Shown one piece after another: positions 25,401 to 38,431 of a DNA stretch of 64,000 bases. A program made the position numbers and the translations under genes. The stretch comes from Macrostomum lignano (taxonomy: Eukaryota). The stretch spans positions 83,155-147,154 of the forward strand of contig NIVC01002279.1 in assembly GCA_002269645.1 (NCBI GenBank). Direction: 5' to 3'. How positions within the stretch are numbered: position 1 is the stretch's first letter; every line of letters begins with the position of its first letter. Below the pieces are notes generated by a model, which was not told where the DNA came from, did no database searches, and was given only the letters and a program-made list of their open reading frames with translations.

Positions 25401-28400
25401 GCCAGCTGCTGCCTCGACACGCCGAAATCCTCGCCTGCTGCGACGGCCATCCCGTAGCTGACGACTCCGCCACGACCGGCGCCATCGACGGAAGAGGCGT
25501 TGACGAAGAAGCCTGCAACGGCATCGGCGACAATTCGTCGGCATTCGTCGACCTGCTACCGGCGGAGCTGCCTTCGTCCGTGTCGTCCGCTCCGGCCCTG
25601 CCGCCCGCGCAGCCGCCGGCGCGCTCTCTAGGCGAAGTGTTCGCCAACTGCGGCGCCTCGTTCGCATTCGCTTTTCTTCGCCGCGCCTGGCGCTCCTCCG
25701 GCCCGGCTGCTGGCCACGAAGATTCTGGCGCCGATTTGGCGATGTGCCAGGAGCTGCTAGACGACATGCTGCGCCAAGTTGAACAGCTGCCCCTGGGCAG
25801 AGGCCTCGCCTCAATTGGCGGCTCGCCTGCCGACCAATCGCAGTCGCCCTGGATTTGTATTTTCGAACGCGGCGCCGCTTTCCTGCGCGACACCGCCTGC
25901 GCCGGGGAGGCGCCGATCGGGGTGCGCCGAGTCTGCCTGGCGCTATTGGTGCATCTGCACTTTCAGGTGAGAGATGACCTTTTTATAGTCTAATAATCAT
26001 TTTGTTTTGTGCACCGAATGAATTGAGTTTTGTTTGCACTGATTGACCTGTTTATGCTCATCGCAATGACCTATTTTTGTGTGCACTGAATAACCTTTGT
26101 GTAACTCTGGATGACCTTTAATCCCGTTGAAAGCGTTACCGTGACAAAAATCGCTAAAGAGTCATTGCAAACAACTCTGCATTGCTTCAGTTCACCCAGC
26201 TGTAAAATGGGTGCCAGCTTTAGCTGGGGCAATTGAGGGTGTGTGGCGACCCCCCAGTCCTTGGACTGAACAGCCGTACGCAGCCTTCGGATGCTCCGCC
26301 CAATGCGGTTGCACATCTGCCCATTGGGGCAGCTGTAATAAATTATATTTTTTTATTATTATGAGTCACGAACGCATCACTTGAGCTGTAAAATCTCATC
26401 GTTTTTATCTCATCGTTTTAGAATCGTCTATAGTCACTTGTTTCCTATTTTACCTGTGTTATCTGGAACGACTATGGGGCGACGCAAGTGACCCAGGGAC
26501 GCTTATTGGCCTGTGTACCGTTTTCATCGCTTATACTTGAAGGTTCATTGTCTTTCTTTATTAGTGGATTAAAATTAGTGTATGCTCATTCTCATGGAGA
26601 GAAGAATCGAGGCAATAGAGTTTTGCTTTTTCGAGGCGCATCCTGAGAGTGAGCTGGACCAGTCACACAGCGAATGAAGGTGTTTCGCTAAGAGCTGGTT
26701 GTTGTAGAGAGAAGTTGGAGTTCGTTGGCCATATTGTGAGGAAAGGAGGAATCGAGCAGTTGTCAGTGCCTGGGAAGATTAAATGAAGAAGAGATCGTGA
26801 AAGACAGCCAGTAACCTTTCTGAAGAACCTGTCTGAAGTGGACTTCGTTCCCGCCATACATGCCCAACTTCAAAATTTTACCCGGACGTGCAACTTACTT
26901 TTTGACCAAAAATGCGCCTTACCTATAAAAAACAGAAAAAACTAACGTAATTTTGGGTAAACGGCAGGAGTAACTATGACTGTATTATTAAGGCTAAATA
27001 TCTCGTCAGCTAATTAGTACTACGTCTGTATTTTTCGGGTCGGCGTTTTTGCGACTTACCCCAATCGAACGGGTCGGCCGGGTGTTGGGCATGTATAATT
27101 CACGCGAACCCTCCAATCGAACTCCCCTCCACCCGGGCGATTTCCGCTTCCAGGAGGGCCGCCTGTCCGCCCTGCTGGACCTGGTGCAGACCCTGGCCGA
27201 TTTGCGGCGAGCGGGCAAGCCGGCCAGACTGACCCGGGCTCCGCTGCTCGGCCTGCTCCGCCGGCTGCAGGAATCTCAACGGGACGCGCTGCCCCGCTCG
27301 CCAGCCTGGCAGCCAATTCAGCACTGGTGCCTGCCCGGCACCTCAAATGTGGACCTTCGCCAGGTGGCCTGTCACATCATGTGCTTTCTGGACTGTCTGG
27401 CCGTCAGGCGTCTCGGCTTGTCTTCATCGAATTCGTCGACATCGTCGTTGCGCCGCGTCCAGCCGGACGCTATCGGGGACGAATCGGCCGGGCCCGGCTC
27501 AGCTTCTGGCCTCGATATTATACCGGAGAATTTCGTGGACTCGGCGGATAGCGGAGGCGAAGGCGAGGACCGGCTAACCCTTATGCAGTACGCGGCTACT
27601 GGTCGACTTATTCGCCGATTGCAAGCGCCAACGCCGCGCATCTCCAAAGTGGTTGCCGGGTCAGATTTTGTGGCACTGCTGCAGCCGGGAGTAGGCGTGC
27701 TAGTGTACACCAGCTTGGACTCGCCGGCTAAGCGCATCGCCGAGCCAGATGTAGTCGACATTGCGGCGTACGAGAGAGGCCACCGGCTGGTGCTGGCTTG
27801 CCGGGGCGGCCGCCGGCTTCTGGTCCTGGATGCCAGCTCCGGGCGCAACGCCGAGGCCGTCAGAATTGATGGCTGGCCGCCGGTGGCTGCTGGTGGACTC
27901 GGCGTTGGTGCCGCCGTCTCCGGGCTGGTGTGCGGCTCCAGGCACGCCGCCTTCGTGTTGAAGAGCGCCACCGCCGAGCCCTGCAAAGTGACGCTGCCGC
28001 TGACGCCGGAGTCAAGGGTGAGCTGCCAGAGCTTCGGGTCACACTGAGAGCGGTAGCTAAGCCATCAGGTCACACTGAGAGCGGTAGCTAAGCCATCAGG
28101 TCACACTGAGAGCGGTAGCTAAGCCATCAGGTCACACTGAGAGCGGTAGCTAAGCCATCAGGTCACACTGAGAGCGGTAGCTAAGCCATCAGGTCACACT
28201 GAGAGTGGTAGCTAAGCCAGCAGGTCACACTGAGAGCGGTAGCTAAGCCATCAGGTCACACTGAGAGCGGTAGCAAAGCCATCAGGTCACACTGAGAGCG
28301 GTAGCAAAGCCAGCAGGTCACACTGAGAGCGGTAGCAAAGCCATCAGGTCACACTGAGAGCGGTAGCAAAGCCATCAGGTCACACTGAGAGCGGTAGCAA

Positions 28401-31400
28401 AGCCAGCAGGTCACACTGAGAGCGGTAGCTAAGCCAGCAGGTCACACCGAGAGTAACTCACCAAAATTCCAGCTGACACCAGATATGACGCTGCTACCCC
28501 GCGAGATCCGGCCAGGCGACCAGCTGGCCTGCGGCGACTCGGATCGCACAGTCCGGTACAGCGCCGCTAGCGTCAGCGTGTGGCATTTCAACCACGCCGA
28601 ATCGTGTCGGCATCGGCTACGATTGAAAACCAGCAGCGGAAGCGGCGGGTCCAGCCTGTTGGCCCTGACCCTAGCCGCGCCGGAGGGTGAGCAGATCACC
28701 CGCCTAGTGGTCAGCGATGCCAGCTATTTTGCATTGACTCGCAGTCGTAGAGTGTATTCCTATAATGAGAATTGTCGAGCCGGAGCAACTTGCTGCTCTA
28801 ATGGAGGACCGCAACAGCAGCACCAGCAGGTCTTTGTTCGTGTGTACACAACTGCCCAAGTGTCCGGTCTGTATTTAGGCTGCGACGGACCAGTGTACGC
28901 CTTCTGCAGCGACGATAGCGGCGCCATTGATAACAGCGGGATGGACTTGAATGCAAATGGCTCCATTACTTGGAATAGGTTCGATTTTTTGTAATTTGAC
29001 TGAATGCTGGATGCAACCTCTTTCTCTCTGGTCTCTTTCGCCTTCTCTCTGGTATCTTTCGCCTTCTCTCTGGTCTCTTTCGCCTTCTCTCTGGTCTCTT
29101 TCGCCTTCTCTCTGGTATCTTTCGCCTTCTCTCTGGTCTCTTTCGCCTTCTCTCTGGTATCTTTCGCCTTCTCTCTGGTATCTTTCGCCTTCTCTCTGGT
29201 ATCTTTCGCCTTCTCTCTGGTATCTTTCGCCTTCTCTCTGGTATCTTTCGCCTTCTCTCTGGTATCTTTCGCCTTCTCTCTGGTATCTTTCGCCTTCTCT
29301 CTGGTATCTTTCGCCTTCTCTCTGGTATCTTTCGCCTTCTCTCTGGTATCTTTCGCCTTCTTTATCTGCCTTCTTTCGTCTTCCGTCTGTCGTATTCTTT
29401 CTCGCCATTGTTCATCCGCCCTCTTTCAGCGGCATATCACAAATCAAGGTTCACTTATTTTTTTTTCTTTACTCTCGCCTGTAAGATTTACGCACGTGAA
29501 TGCTGGTGCTAGTACTCCTCTTCCATTATTTTATTTAGGTTTATCCATTTCTCTCTATTGCAGCTACTTGGAGAACTGGGCAGTCATTGGCGACAAGACT
29601 CAGGCTCAAACGTCGATTGAGGCTGGCAGCGGCGGCCAGTCTCAGCAATCTCAACAACAACAGCAACAGAAGCAGAAACCAGCTGCAATGCCCGACTGGC
29701 GTCTGGCAATCGGCGAATTCGCCGGACTAGCTTTGCTGAGCCCCGGCGCGACTCTTATCTGTTGGCGATATTGCCGGCCCCGTAGTCTGGCTGCGCCGTA
29801 TTGCGTTGAACTGACTGACCGATGCCTGCGCCAGCTGTACAGCCTGTTGGCTCAGCTAACAGCGGACTCGGCGCCAATCAATCAGGATAGAGAGTGCTCG
29901 GCCATCGCCTGTCTGGATTTGCTAACTTTGCAATTGTCGCTCTGTGTTGCTAATAAGTTTAGGTGACTATATATCAAAAGTGTAGTATATTTAATACTGT
30001 TGTTGAATAGGATGGATGGGGAGAGAGATGGAGTGGGTGGGTGCGGAGTGACGTGGGTGCGGAATGAGGTGGGTGCGAAGTGAGGTGTGCGCGAAGTGAG
30101 GTGGGTGTGGAGTGAGGTGGTTGCGGAGTGAGGTGGGTGCGGAGTGAGGTGGGTGCGGAGTGAGGTGTTTGCGGAGTGAGGTGGGTGCGGAGTGAGGTGG
30201 GTGCGGAGTGAGGTGTTTGCGGAGTGAGGTGGGTGCGGAGTGAGGTGGGTGCAATGTGAGGTGGGTGCAATGTGAGGTGGGTACGGAGTGAAGACCAGAA
30301 TCAGCGGATTTCTCATTTCTAACATTTTTTTTCTGTCGCTTCCCCTTTCCAGACTGTCGGCAGAAACGGCCGCCCAGCTGAAATCGGCTATAGTGCACCT
30401 GGCCACAGGCGGCCTGGCTGGCTACGGCGGCATTCAACGCAGCGCTCAGGCCTGCCTGGAGAAGGCCTGGCGTCTCCTTCTGCCGACATCGACTGAACGA
30501 GCGGCGGCCCTGCACGACATCATGGAGCAGCCGAACACCCGCTACAAATTCCTTGTTAATCTCTTAGTTGATTCGCTAATCTGCGATCGTCGGCTATTGG
30601 CTTCGCTTGAAGCGCCGTCTAGTCGAGTTGATGCGGACAGGTTTCTGCGTTGCCTACTGTTAGTAGTGTGCAAAGAGGAGGCCGAAATGCTGGCCGATCC
30701 GGCAATGCAGCCGAGGTAGGCGATGCGGCATACTCTATTGGATTCTTTCAAAGTCTTAAAAGATAGCGTAAAACCCTATTCACACTACTAATGGTGAATT
30801 GAAGCACAATAGTTTTCTGCCGCAGTTTTGTCTGCGGGAGATTTTTTTACACCTAAATATGTTCTTCTCTGTCCCCCCTGGTTCCCCCTCTGTAGATGGT
30901 GCCCCCTCTGTAGCTGGCGCCCTATGTAGCTGGTGTCTTCTCCCTGTAGTTGGCGCCCCCTCTGTAGCTAGCGCCTCCTCTGTAGCTGGCGCCCCCTCTC
31001 TGTATCTGGCGGCTCCTCTGTAGCTGGCGCCCCCTCTGTAGCTGGCGCCCCCTCTCTGTATCTGGCGCCTCCTCTGTAGCTGGCGCCCCCTCTCTGTATC
31101 TGGCGCCCCCTCTGTAGCTGGCGCCTTCTCCCTGTAGTTGGCGCCCCCTCTCTGTATCTGGCGCCTCCTCTGTAGCTGCCGCGCCCTCTCTGTATCTCGC
31201 GCCCCCTCTCTGTATCTGGTGCCTCCTCTGTAGCTGGCGCCCCCTCCCTGTAGTTGGCGCCCCTCTCTGTATCTGGCGCCTCCTCTGTAGCTGGCGCCCC
31301 CTCCCTGTAGTTGGCGCCCCTCTCTGTATCTGGCGCCTCCTCTGTAGCTGGCGCCCCCTCTCTGTATCTGGCGCCTCCTCTGTAGCTGGCGCCTTCTCCC

Positions 31401-34400
31401 TGTAGTTGGCGCCCCCTCTGTATCTGGCGCCTCCTCTGTAGCTGCCGCGCCCTCTCTGTATCTCGCGCCCCCTCTCTGTATCTGGTGCCTCCTCTGTAGC
31501 TGGCGCCCCCTCCCTGTAGTTGGCGCCCCTCTCTGTATCTGGCGCCTCCTCTGTAGCTGGCGCCCCCTCTCTGTATCTGGCGCCTCCTCTGTAGCTGGCG
31601 CCTTCTCCCTGTAGTTGGCGCCCCCTCTGTATCTGGCGCCTCCTCTGTAGCTAGCGCCTTCTCCCTGTATCTGGCGCCTCCTCTGTATCTGGCGCCTCCT
31701 CTGTAGCTGGCACCTTCTCCCTGTAGTTGGCGCCCCCTCTCTGTATCTGGCGCTTCCTCTGTAGCTAGCGCCTTCTCCCTGTATCTGGCGCCTCCTCTGT
31801 AGCTGGCGCCTTCTCCCTGTAGTTGGCGCCCCCTCTCTGTATCTGGCGCCTCCTCTGTAGCTAGCGCCTTCTCCCTGTATCTGGCGCCTCCTCTGTAGCT
31901 GGCGCCTCCTCTGTAGCTGGCGCCCCCTCTCTGTAGTTGGCGCTCCTTCTGTTATTCTGTAGCTGGCACCGTAGACCCATAGTAAGTATCGAATATTCGC
32001 ATATTTTAATAATTTAAAAAGAAATACTGCGTAAAATTGATCAAAAGATGCTATTGAGTCTACTTATAGTAGCTGTCATCATGCAAACAATGATCTCTAC
32101 AAATAAAAACAGATGGAGCCGCCTGCTAGACCTGCTATCCGAGCTTCAGCGCTGCCTAATCCGCAAGGTGTCCCGTTCGCCAGCGGATTCGATTCGAGTG
32201 CAACAATTATCGGCTTATACAACTGTGTTAGTGCAGCAGCAGTGCAATTTATTAATTGCGGCTAATCGCGATGCTCGCGCATTTGGCCTGCTACGACTGC
32301 GCTACGCTGTCGGCCTACTGGAACGGAGCAGTTGCGGCGTTCTGCTGTCCGACCTGCTGCTAAGCCTGGCCAGCCTGGTTGCGGAGAATCGCGGGCAGCA
32401 GTTCGCCGGCCTGTACGAAATCGGCCTGCTGGTTGAGCCGCTGCTGGCCTGCTTGGACTCGCTGAACCGGCGCTGCGCCAATCTGCTGCGCGAGGACGCC
32501 GAAGATGCCGCTTTGCCCAGCTTTGGCGATAGCGGCGCCGCCGCCGGCGCGACAGCCTACGGGCGCTATCTGGAGGAATGCGTGGCGCCGCAGCCGGTGA
32601 TCAGGCCGGTGGATGTGCATAATCATAACCTGCTTGGAGGCTGCTGGGTGAGCGATCTTTTATTGCTGCACTTTTGTTTGTACTTTTAGGTCAGCCTTCC
32701 TATGTACTTTTTGTTATACTTTTAGGTCAACTTTTCTGTTACTTTTCGATGTACATTTAGGTTGAATGTGTGTGTACTTTTATTTGTACTTTTAGGCCGC
32801 ACAGCTTTCCTGTGTAGTTTTCGTTGTACTTCTAGGTTAACTTTATATGTTTACTTTTTGTCGTATTTTTTGGTCAGCTTTTCTGTGTAGTTTCTGGTGT
32901 ACTTTTAGGTATGCTTTTTAGTTTCTACTCAATTTAGGAGTAACTTTTTGGTATTGTAATTTCTGAGTCTATTTAGGTCAGTTTTTAATGTGCCTTTCTT
33001 TGGCGTTGATGGTGTACTTTTAGATGGCCTTTTCGTGAAGTTTTTGATGTACTCTTTGCTTAACTAGCTTTCTTGTATTTCTATTGTACTTTTAGATAGA
33101 CTTTAGTGATTTACTATTGGTCAGATTTTCCAGCAGTTTCTGCCGTTTCTTTGGATCTGGTAAAAATTGTCTACAAAATGAAGCAATAAAAGTACATTTT
33201 CGCATATTAACTAAACAATCGTCTATCACAATCACCCGCCACAATTCCCACAGGTGATCATCAACGGCCGAGTCTACGACCTGCTGCTCATACCCGACCT
33301 GGCCCAGTCGGCCTATCGCGGCCTATTGCGTCACAAAGGTCGCGACGCTACTGAGGCTTTTCACCTGTTAGCCGCCGCATCGCCGGGCGGCCCAGCCGAC
33401 TCTCTGGAGGCCCTGCGTGCCTGCTACATTGGCGAGTATTTGAACTCCGATCCCGCCCTAGGCGAAGTCGAATCGCCGCTATTGCACGTCGAACGCTGCG
33501 TTGCTATGCTGTTCTCAGTTAGTTTGGCCGCGCTGTTTCGCGAGACTGGAAACTGCCAGACAGCGGCGGCTGGAGGCACTGGCGGCATATTCGACAGTCT
33601 GCCAGAATGCGTCCTACGCTGCGCTCGAACCGAGCCTCGCCGCCTGGTGGACACGGAAAAAGAGGAAGCTGCGGAATCGGCTTCATCAACCCTGATGACA
33701 GACGACTCGGCCGGCTCTGTTGTTGTAGATTTGGATAAAAGCATTGCCGGTTGGCATGGCGATAATCGATTGTTGAAATTGCTGATAGCCAATCGGCATC
33801 GCTCCGCTTTGCTGACCAGTTTCAGCCGCCTGGTGGACTCCTGCAGTCGGGCCGCCGGCTGTCACGTGCCTGTCGATCTGCCGCCTGACCATCCGGTGCT
33901 GGCGGCTTGCCGGCTGGCTATGGCTGCCATGCTGCAGCTGTTGGACTTGGGATTCTATGCAGAGTGAGTTCTTTGTTTTGTTGTATGAGCTGATCGGGGA
34001 GAGGGTGGCAGCTGAAGGATCGGGGAGAGGGTGGCAATTGAGGTATCGGGGAGAGGGTGGCAGCTGAAGGATCGGGGAGAGGGTGGCAGCTGAGGTATCG
34101 GGGAGGGTGGCAACTGAAGGATCGGGGAAGGGGTGGCAGCTGAGGGATCGGGGAGGTTGGCAGCTAAAGGATCGGGGAGGGGTGGCAGCTGAAGGATCGG
34201 GGGGTGGCAGCTGAGGGATCGGGGAGGGTGGCAGCTGAAGGATCGGGGAGGGAGGGGGTGGCAGCTGAAGGATCGGGGAGGGGTGGCAGCTGAAGGATCG
34301 GGGAGGGAGGGGTGGCAGCTGAAGGATCGGGGAGGGAGGGGTGGCAGCTGAAGGATCGGAGAGGGTGGCAGCTGAAGGATCGGAGAGGGTAGCAGCTGAA

Positions 34401-37400
34401 GAATCGGGGAAGGGTGGCAGCTGAAGGATCGGGGAGGGAGGGGTGGCAGCTGAAGGATCGGGGAGGGGTGGCAGCTGAAGGATCGGGGAGGGTGGCAGCT
34501 GAGGGATCGGGGAGGGGTGGCAGCTGAAGGATCGGGGAGGGTGGCAGCTGAAGGATTGGGGAGGGAGGGGTGGCAGCTGAAGGATCGGGGGAGGGAGGGG
34601 GTGGCAGCTGAAGGATCGGGGAGGGAGGGGTGGCAGCTGAAGGATCGGGGAGGGAGGGGTGGCAGCTGAAGGATCGGGGAGGGAGGGGTGGCAGCTGAAG
34701 GATCGGGAGGGAGGGGGTGGCAGCTGCAGGATCGGGGAGGGGTGGCAGCTGAAGGATCGGGGAGGGAGGGGTGGCAGCTGAAGGATCGGGGAGGGAGGGG
34801 GTGGCAGCTGAAGGATCGGGGAGGGAGGGGGTGGCAGCTGAAGGATCGGGGAGGGTGGCACTAGCTGAGACACTGGACACTCGATAATAGACAAGGCCGG
34901 AATTACAGACACTAGATAAGAGAGATTAGAAACACTTTAATATTAGTGTTAGAGTCAGGGAGGCTGTGTGCACCCTGGCGCACTTTAAGCGACATTGTCA
35001 CACAACCGGCGAGAGGCATTGCTGCCCATTTCGCCGAATCCCCTGAGCAGACACACAAACGCGCGGATACGTACACAGTCATACGCACAGGCACACACTC
35101 ACACAGGAGTGTACAGCGGCCCTAACTTTATTTATCGTTAGGCATGTACACTTCACTGTGCATTGGGGGTTGGCCTTCGTTGTAAATCGCACGACAAGCA
35201 CGAAAACCAAAGTTCGTACACAACAGCCCCAAATTAATGTGGCTGGTAACGGTATCAAACGCATGGATTTTGGCGCGAGAGTCAGATGCGATAACCGCTG
35301 AGTTGCTCTTAGACCCATGAATCCATCATGGATTAAAACAACCCAAGCAGTCAAACCCGAGTGCAGAGAAATTGGGTAGACTTTAAGAAAATCGATTGAT
35401 TCCTAAAAAATGAGTAGATTCCAAGAAAATGAAAAAGATTTCTAAAATGGTTGAATTCCTAGAAAATAGGTAAATTCCTAGAAAATGGTTGGATTCCTAG
35501 ACAATGCGTGGATTCATAGAAAATGGGTTAGATTCCAAGAAAGCGGCTAGATCCTAGAAAATGAGTAGATTCCTAGCTAGAAGATAAGTAGACTCCTCTA
35601 AAATGGAAAGATTCCTAGAAAATCTTTATATCCCTACGAGTAGAATATCTTTGGATTCTTAAAAACTTCTAGATTCCTAGGAAATGGCGCAATATTCCTG
35701 GAAAATGGCAATATTCCAAGAAAGTGTTTAGATTCCTTAAAAATAGGTAAATTACTAGAAAACAAGCAGATTCCTAGAAAATGGGTGGATTCCTGGGAAA
35801 TTTTACTTTCACACTGGGAAAAGAAGCAATTTTTAATGTGCTTTCAGCTCGAAGGACTTCAAAAGAAACTTACCGACATCATTTTTGTTCTCCTGTTTTT
35901 CTCCATATTATTTTTTTTCAATTTTCAGGCAACTCGCCACAGACTGGCACCAGGCCTCAAAAACTGACGACACCGAGCTGCCGCCGCCTGCGCCAGACGT
36001 TTCCGTGCCGTTCCAGCACCTGTGCCGCCTGCAGACCCGACTGAAACAGGAGCTGCTGCGCCGGGCCCAGCACCAACAGGCCGGCAAGGAGGCCGCCTCC
36101 TCTGTGCGCCGCCGCTGCCTTTTCCTGTTGGAGAATTTCGATTGCGCCGTCGACTTTCTATCCCGGGATTCGACAACATCGACGTCTGCGTCGAATCGTT
36201 GGCGACGGGCGGCCGACGGTGTTCTGAAAGATTCGGCTTTGTTGACTGCTCGCACGAAAACCGCGGCGTCCGCCACTTCGTCCGCTGCTACAAAGTCGGA
36301 GGCCGCGTCGGCGCGCTGGTCGACGGTCTACTCGGCGTTGCGCGATTCCGCATCAATGGCGCGACTTCGCCGGCGTCTGCAAGGCGTTGGCGTTGATCGC
36401 CAACTGATGGACAAGCTTCAGGTTGGTGCCCTTGTTTGTTGATGGCATCGACTGCGTCAGTGCCAGTATCTGACATTGGGGTCTGACGGTCAGGGAGTGC
36501 CAGTATCTGACATTGGGGTCTGACGGTCAGGGAGTGCCAGTATCTGACATTGGGGTCTGACGGTCCGGGAGTGCCAGTATCTGACACTGGGGTGTGACGC
36601 GGAGTGCCAGTATCTGACACTTTCAGATATTATTATCTAGTTGGCAAGCAGAAAGTGTTTTTGATAGCTAAAATCAGTAATTATCTGAATGCCAGATAGT
36701 GCCAGTGTCCGAGTATTAGAAATTGCCATTATCTGACTTTTAGAAATTGTCCTTTTTTGAGTGTCGAAAAGTGTTGTTAAATGCCACTTTCTGGTGCAGA
36801 AGAGCCGCTCTAGCCGCTATCTGCAACAACCAGCATTCAGACGCTTGAAGCAGCAGTTTAACCTTTAAAAAAATTGTAATCTTTTTTCTGCACCCACCTT
36901 GCAGGCCTTCATCCTAGGCCAGGAGCCGTTCGACACGGCCGACGCTCGAACTAGACTAACCCAGGCAGCCAACGTCTGCCTAGTCCGCGTTGGTGTGCTG
37001 CGCCGACTCCGACTCGCTCTGGTGCCCTGCTCAGCTGCCGATTCAGATGAGACAGCTCAGGCTGATGCGGCTGGCCCCGGCTCTACTCCGCTGCTGGCTT
37101 CGGTGCGTGTTCACGGCGGGGTTTAACAGTGAATCGGGTCTCAGTCCCCTGCTTAAGAATCGGGTCTTTTTCCCCGTTTAAGAATCGGGTCTTAGTCCCC
37201 CGTTTAAGAACCGGGTCTTAGTCCCCCGTTAAAGAACCGGGTCTTAGTCCCCCGTTTAAGAACCGGGTCTTTGTCCCCGTTTAAGAATCGGGTCTTAGTC
37301 CCCCGTTTAAGAACCGGGTCTTAGTCCCCCGTTTAAGAACCGGGTCTTTGTCCCCGTTTAAGAATCGGGTCTTAGTCCCCCGTTTAAGAACCGGGTCTTT

Positions 37401-38012
37401 GTCCCCGTTTAAGAATCGGGTCTTAGTCCCCCGTTTAAGAACCGGGTCTTTGTCCCCGTTTCAGAGTCGGGTCTCAGTCCCCCGTTTCAGAGTCGGGGTC
37501 TTTGTCCCCGGTTTAAGAACCAGGTCTTAGTCCCCCGTTTAATAATTGGGTCTTAGTCCCCCGTTTAATAACTGGGTCTTAGTCCCCCGTTTAATAACTG
37601 GGTCTTAATCGCCCAAAAATGCGTCTCGAGCTGTTGACTAATATTCCAGGTGCGCTGCTTCCTGCTGCATTGCTGGCTGGCCTCTCACGGCGGCCCGGAC
37701 CTGAGCCTCGGCCGCCTGACCCCCAGCCTGGCCGGCCGCACCGTCAGCGTTCAGCTTTCGGACGAGTTTCGCTGCTTTGTAGCGGCACTAGGAAACGAAC
37801 TTCGGCGCCAACTGTTTGACGCCGATTGGGAACTGGCGCTGATCAATGGCGCCGGCGCCAACAGGACCGTGCACTTTGGCCAGCTGCCCAGCGCCGGCTG
37901 GGTGGCCCTGCTGCTTAATGCACTCATGCAGACTGATGCCCTCAATCAGCTGGTGGACTCCGGCTTCTTGGCTCTGCTGCAGACTGTTGCTAGGCTGGTT
38001 GACGCGTGAGTA

Positions 38013-38043
<31 letters not shown>

Positions 38044-38386
38044 TTCTGTCTGTCTGTCTGCCTGTCTGTCTGTCTGCCTGTCTGTCTGTCTGTCTGCCTG
38101 TCTGGCTGGCTGTCTGTCTTAGTGTCTATCTGTCTGTCTGTCTCTCTGTCTGCCTGTCTGTCTTAGTGTCTGTCTGCCTGTCTTTCTGTCTGCCTGTCTG
38201 TCTGTCTGCCTTTCTGTCTGTCTGTCTGTCTGCCTGTCTGGCTGTCTGTCTGTCTGCCTGTCTGCCTGTCTGCCTGTCTGTCTGTCTGCCTGTCTGTCTG
38301 TCTGTCTGTCTGTCTGCCTGTCTGCCTGTTTGTCTGTCTGCCTGTCTGGCTGTCTGTCTGTCTGGCTGTCTGTCTGTCTGTCTGCC

Positions 38387-38431
<45 letters not shown>

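Noticed and set aside
28875-29484. ERYQREG / SLWYLSP / FAFSLVS repeat ORFs
   Set aside because: 21-bp intronic minisatellite.
33686-34912. 408-aa Pro-rich minus-strand ORF
   Set aside because: Antisense reading of a G-rich minisatellite and a HERC2 exon.
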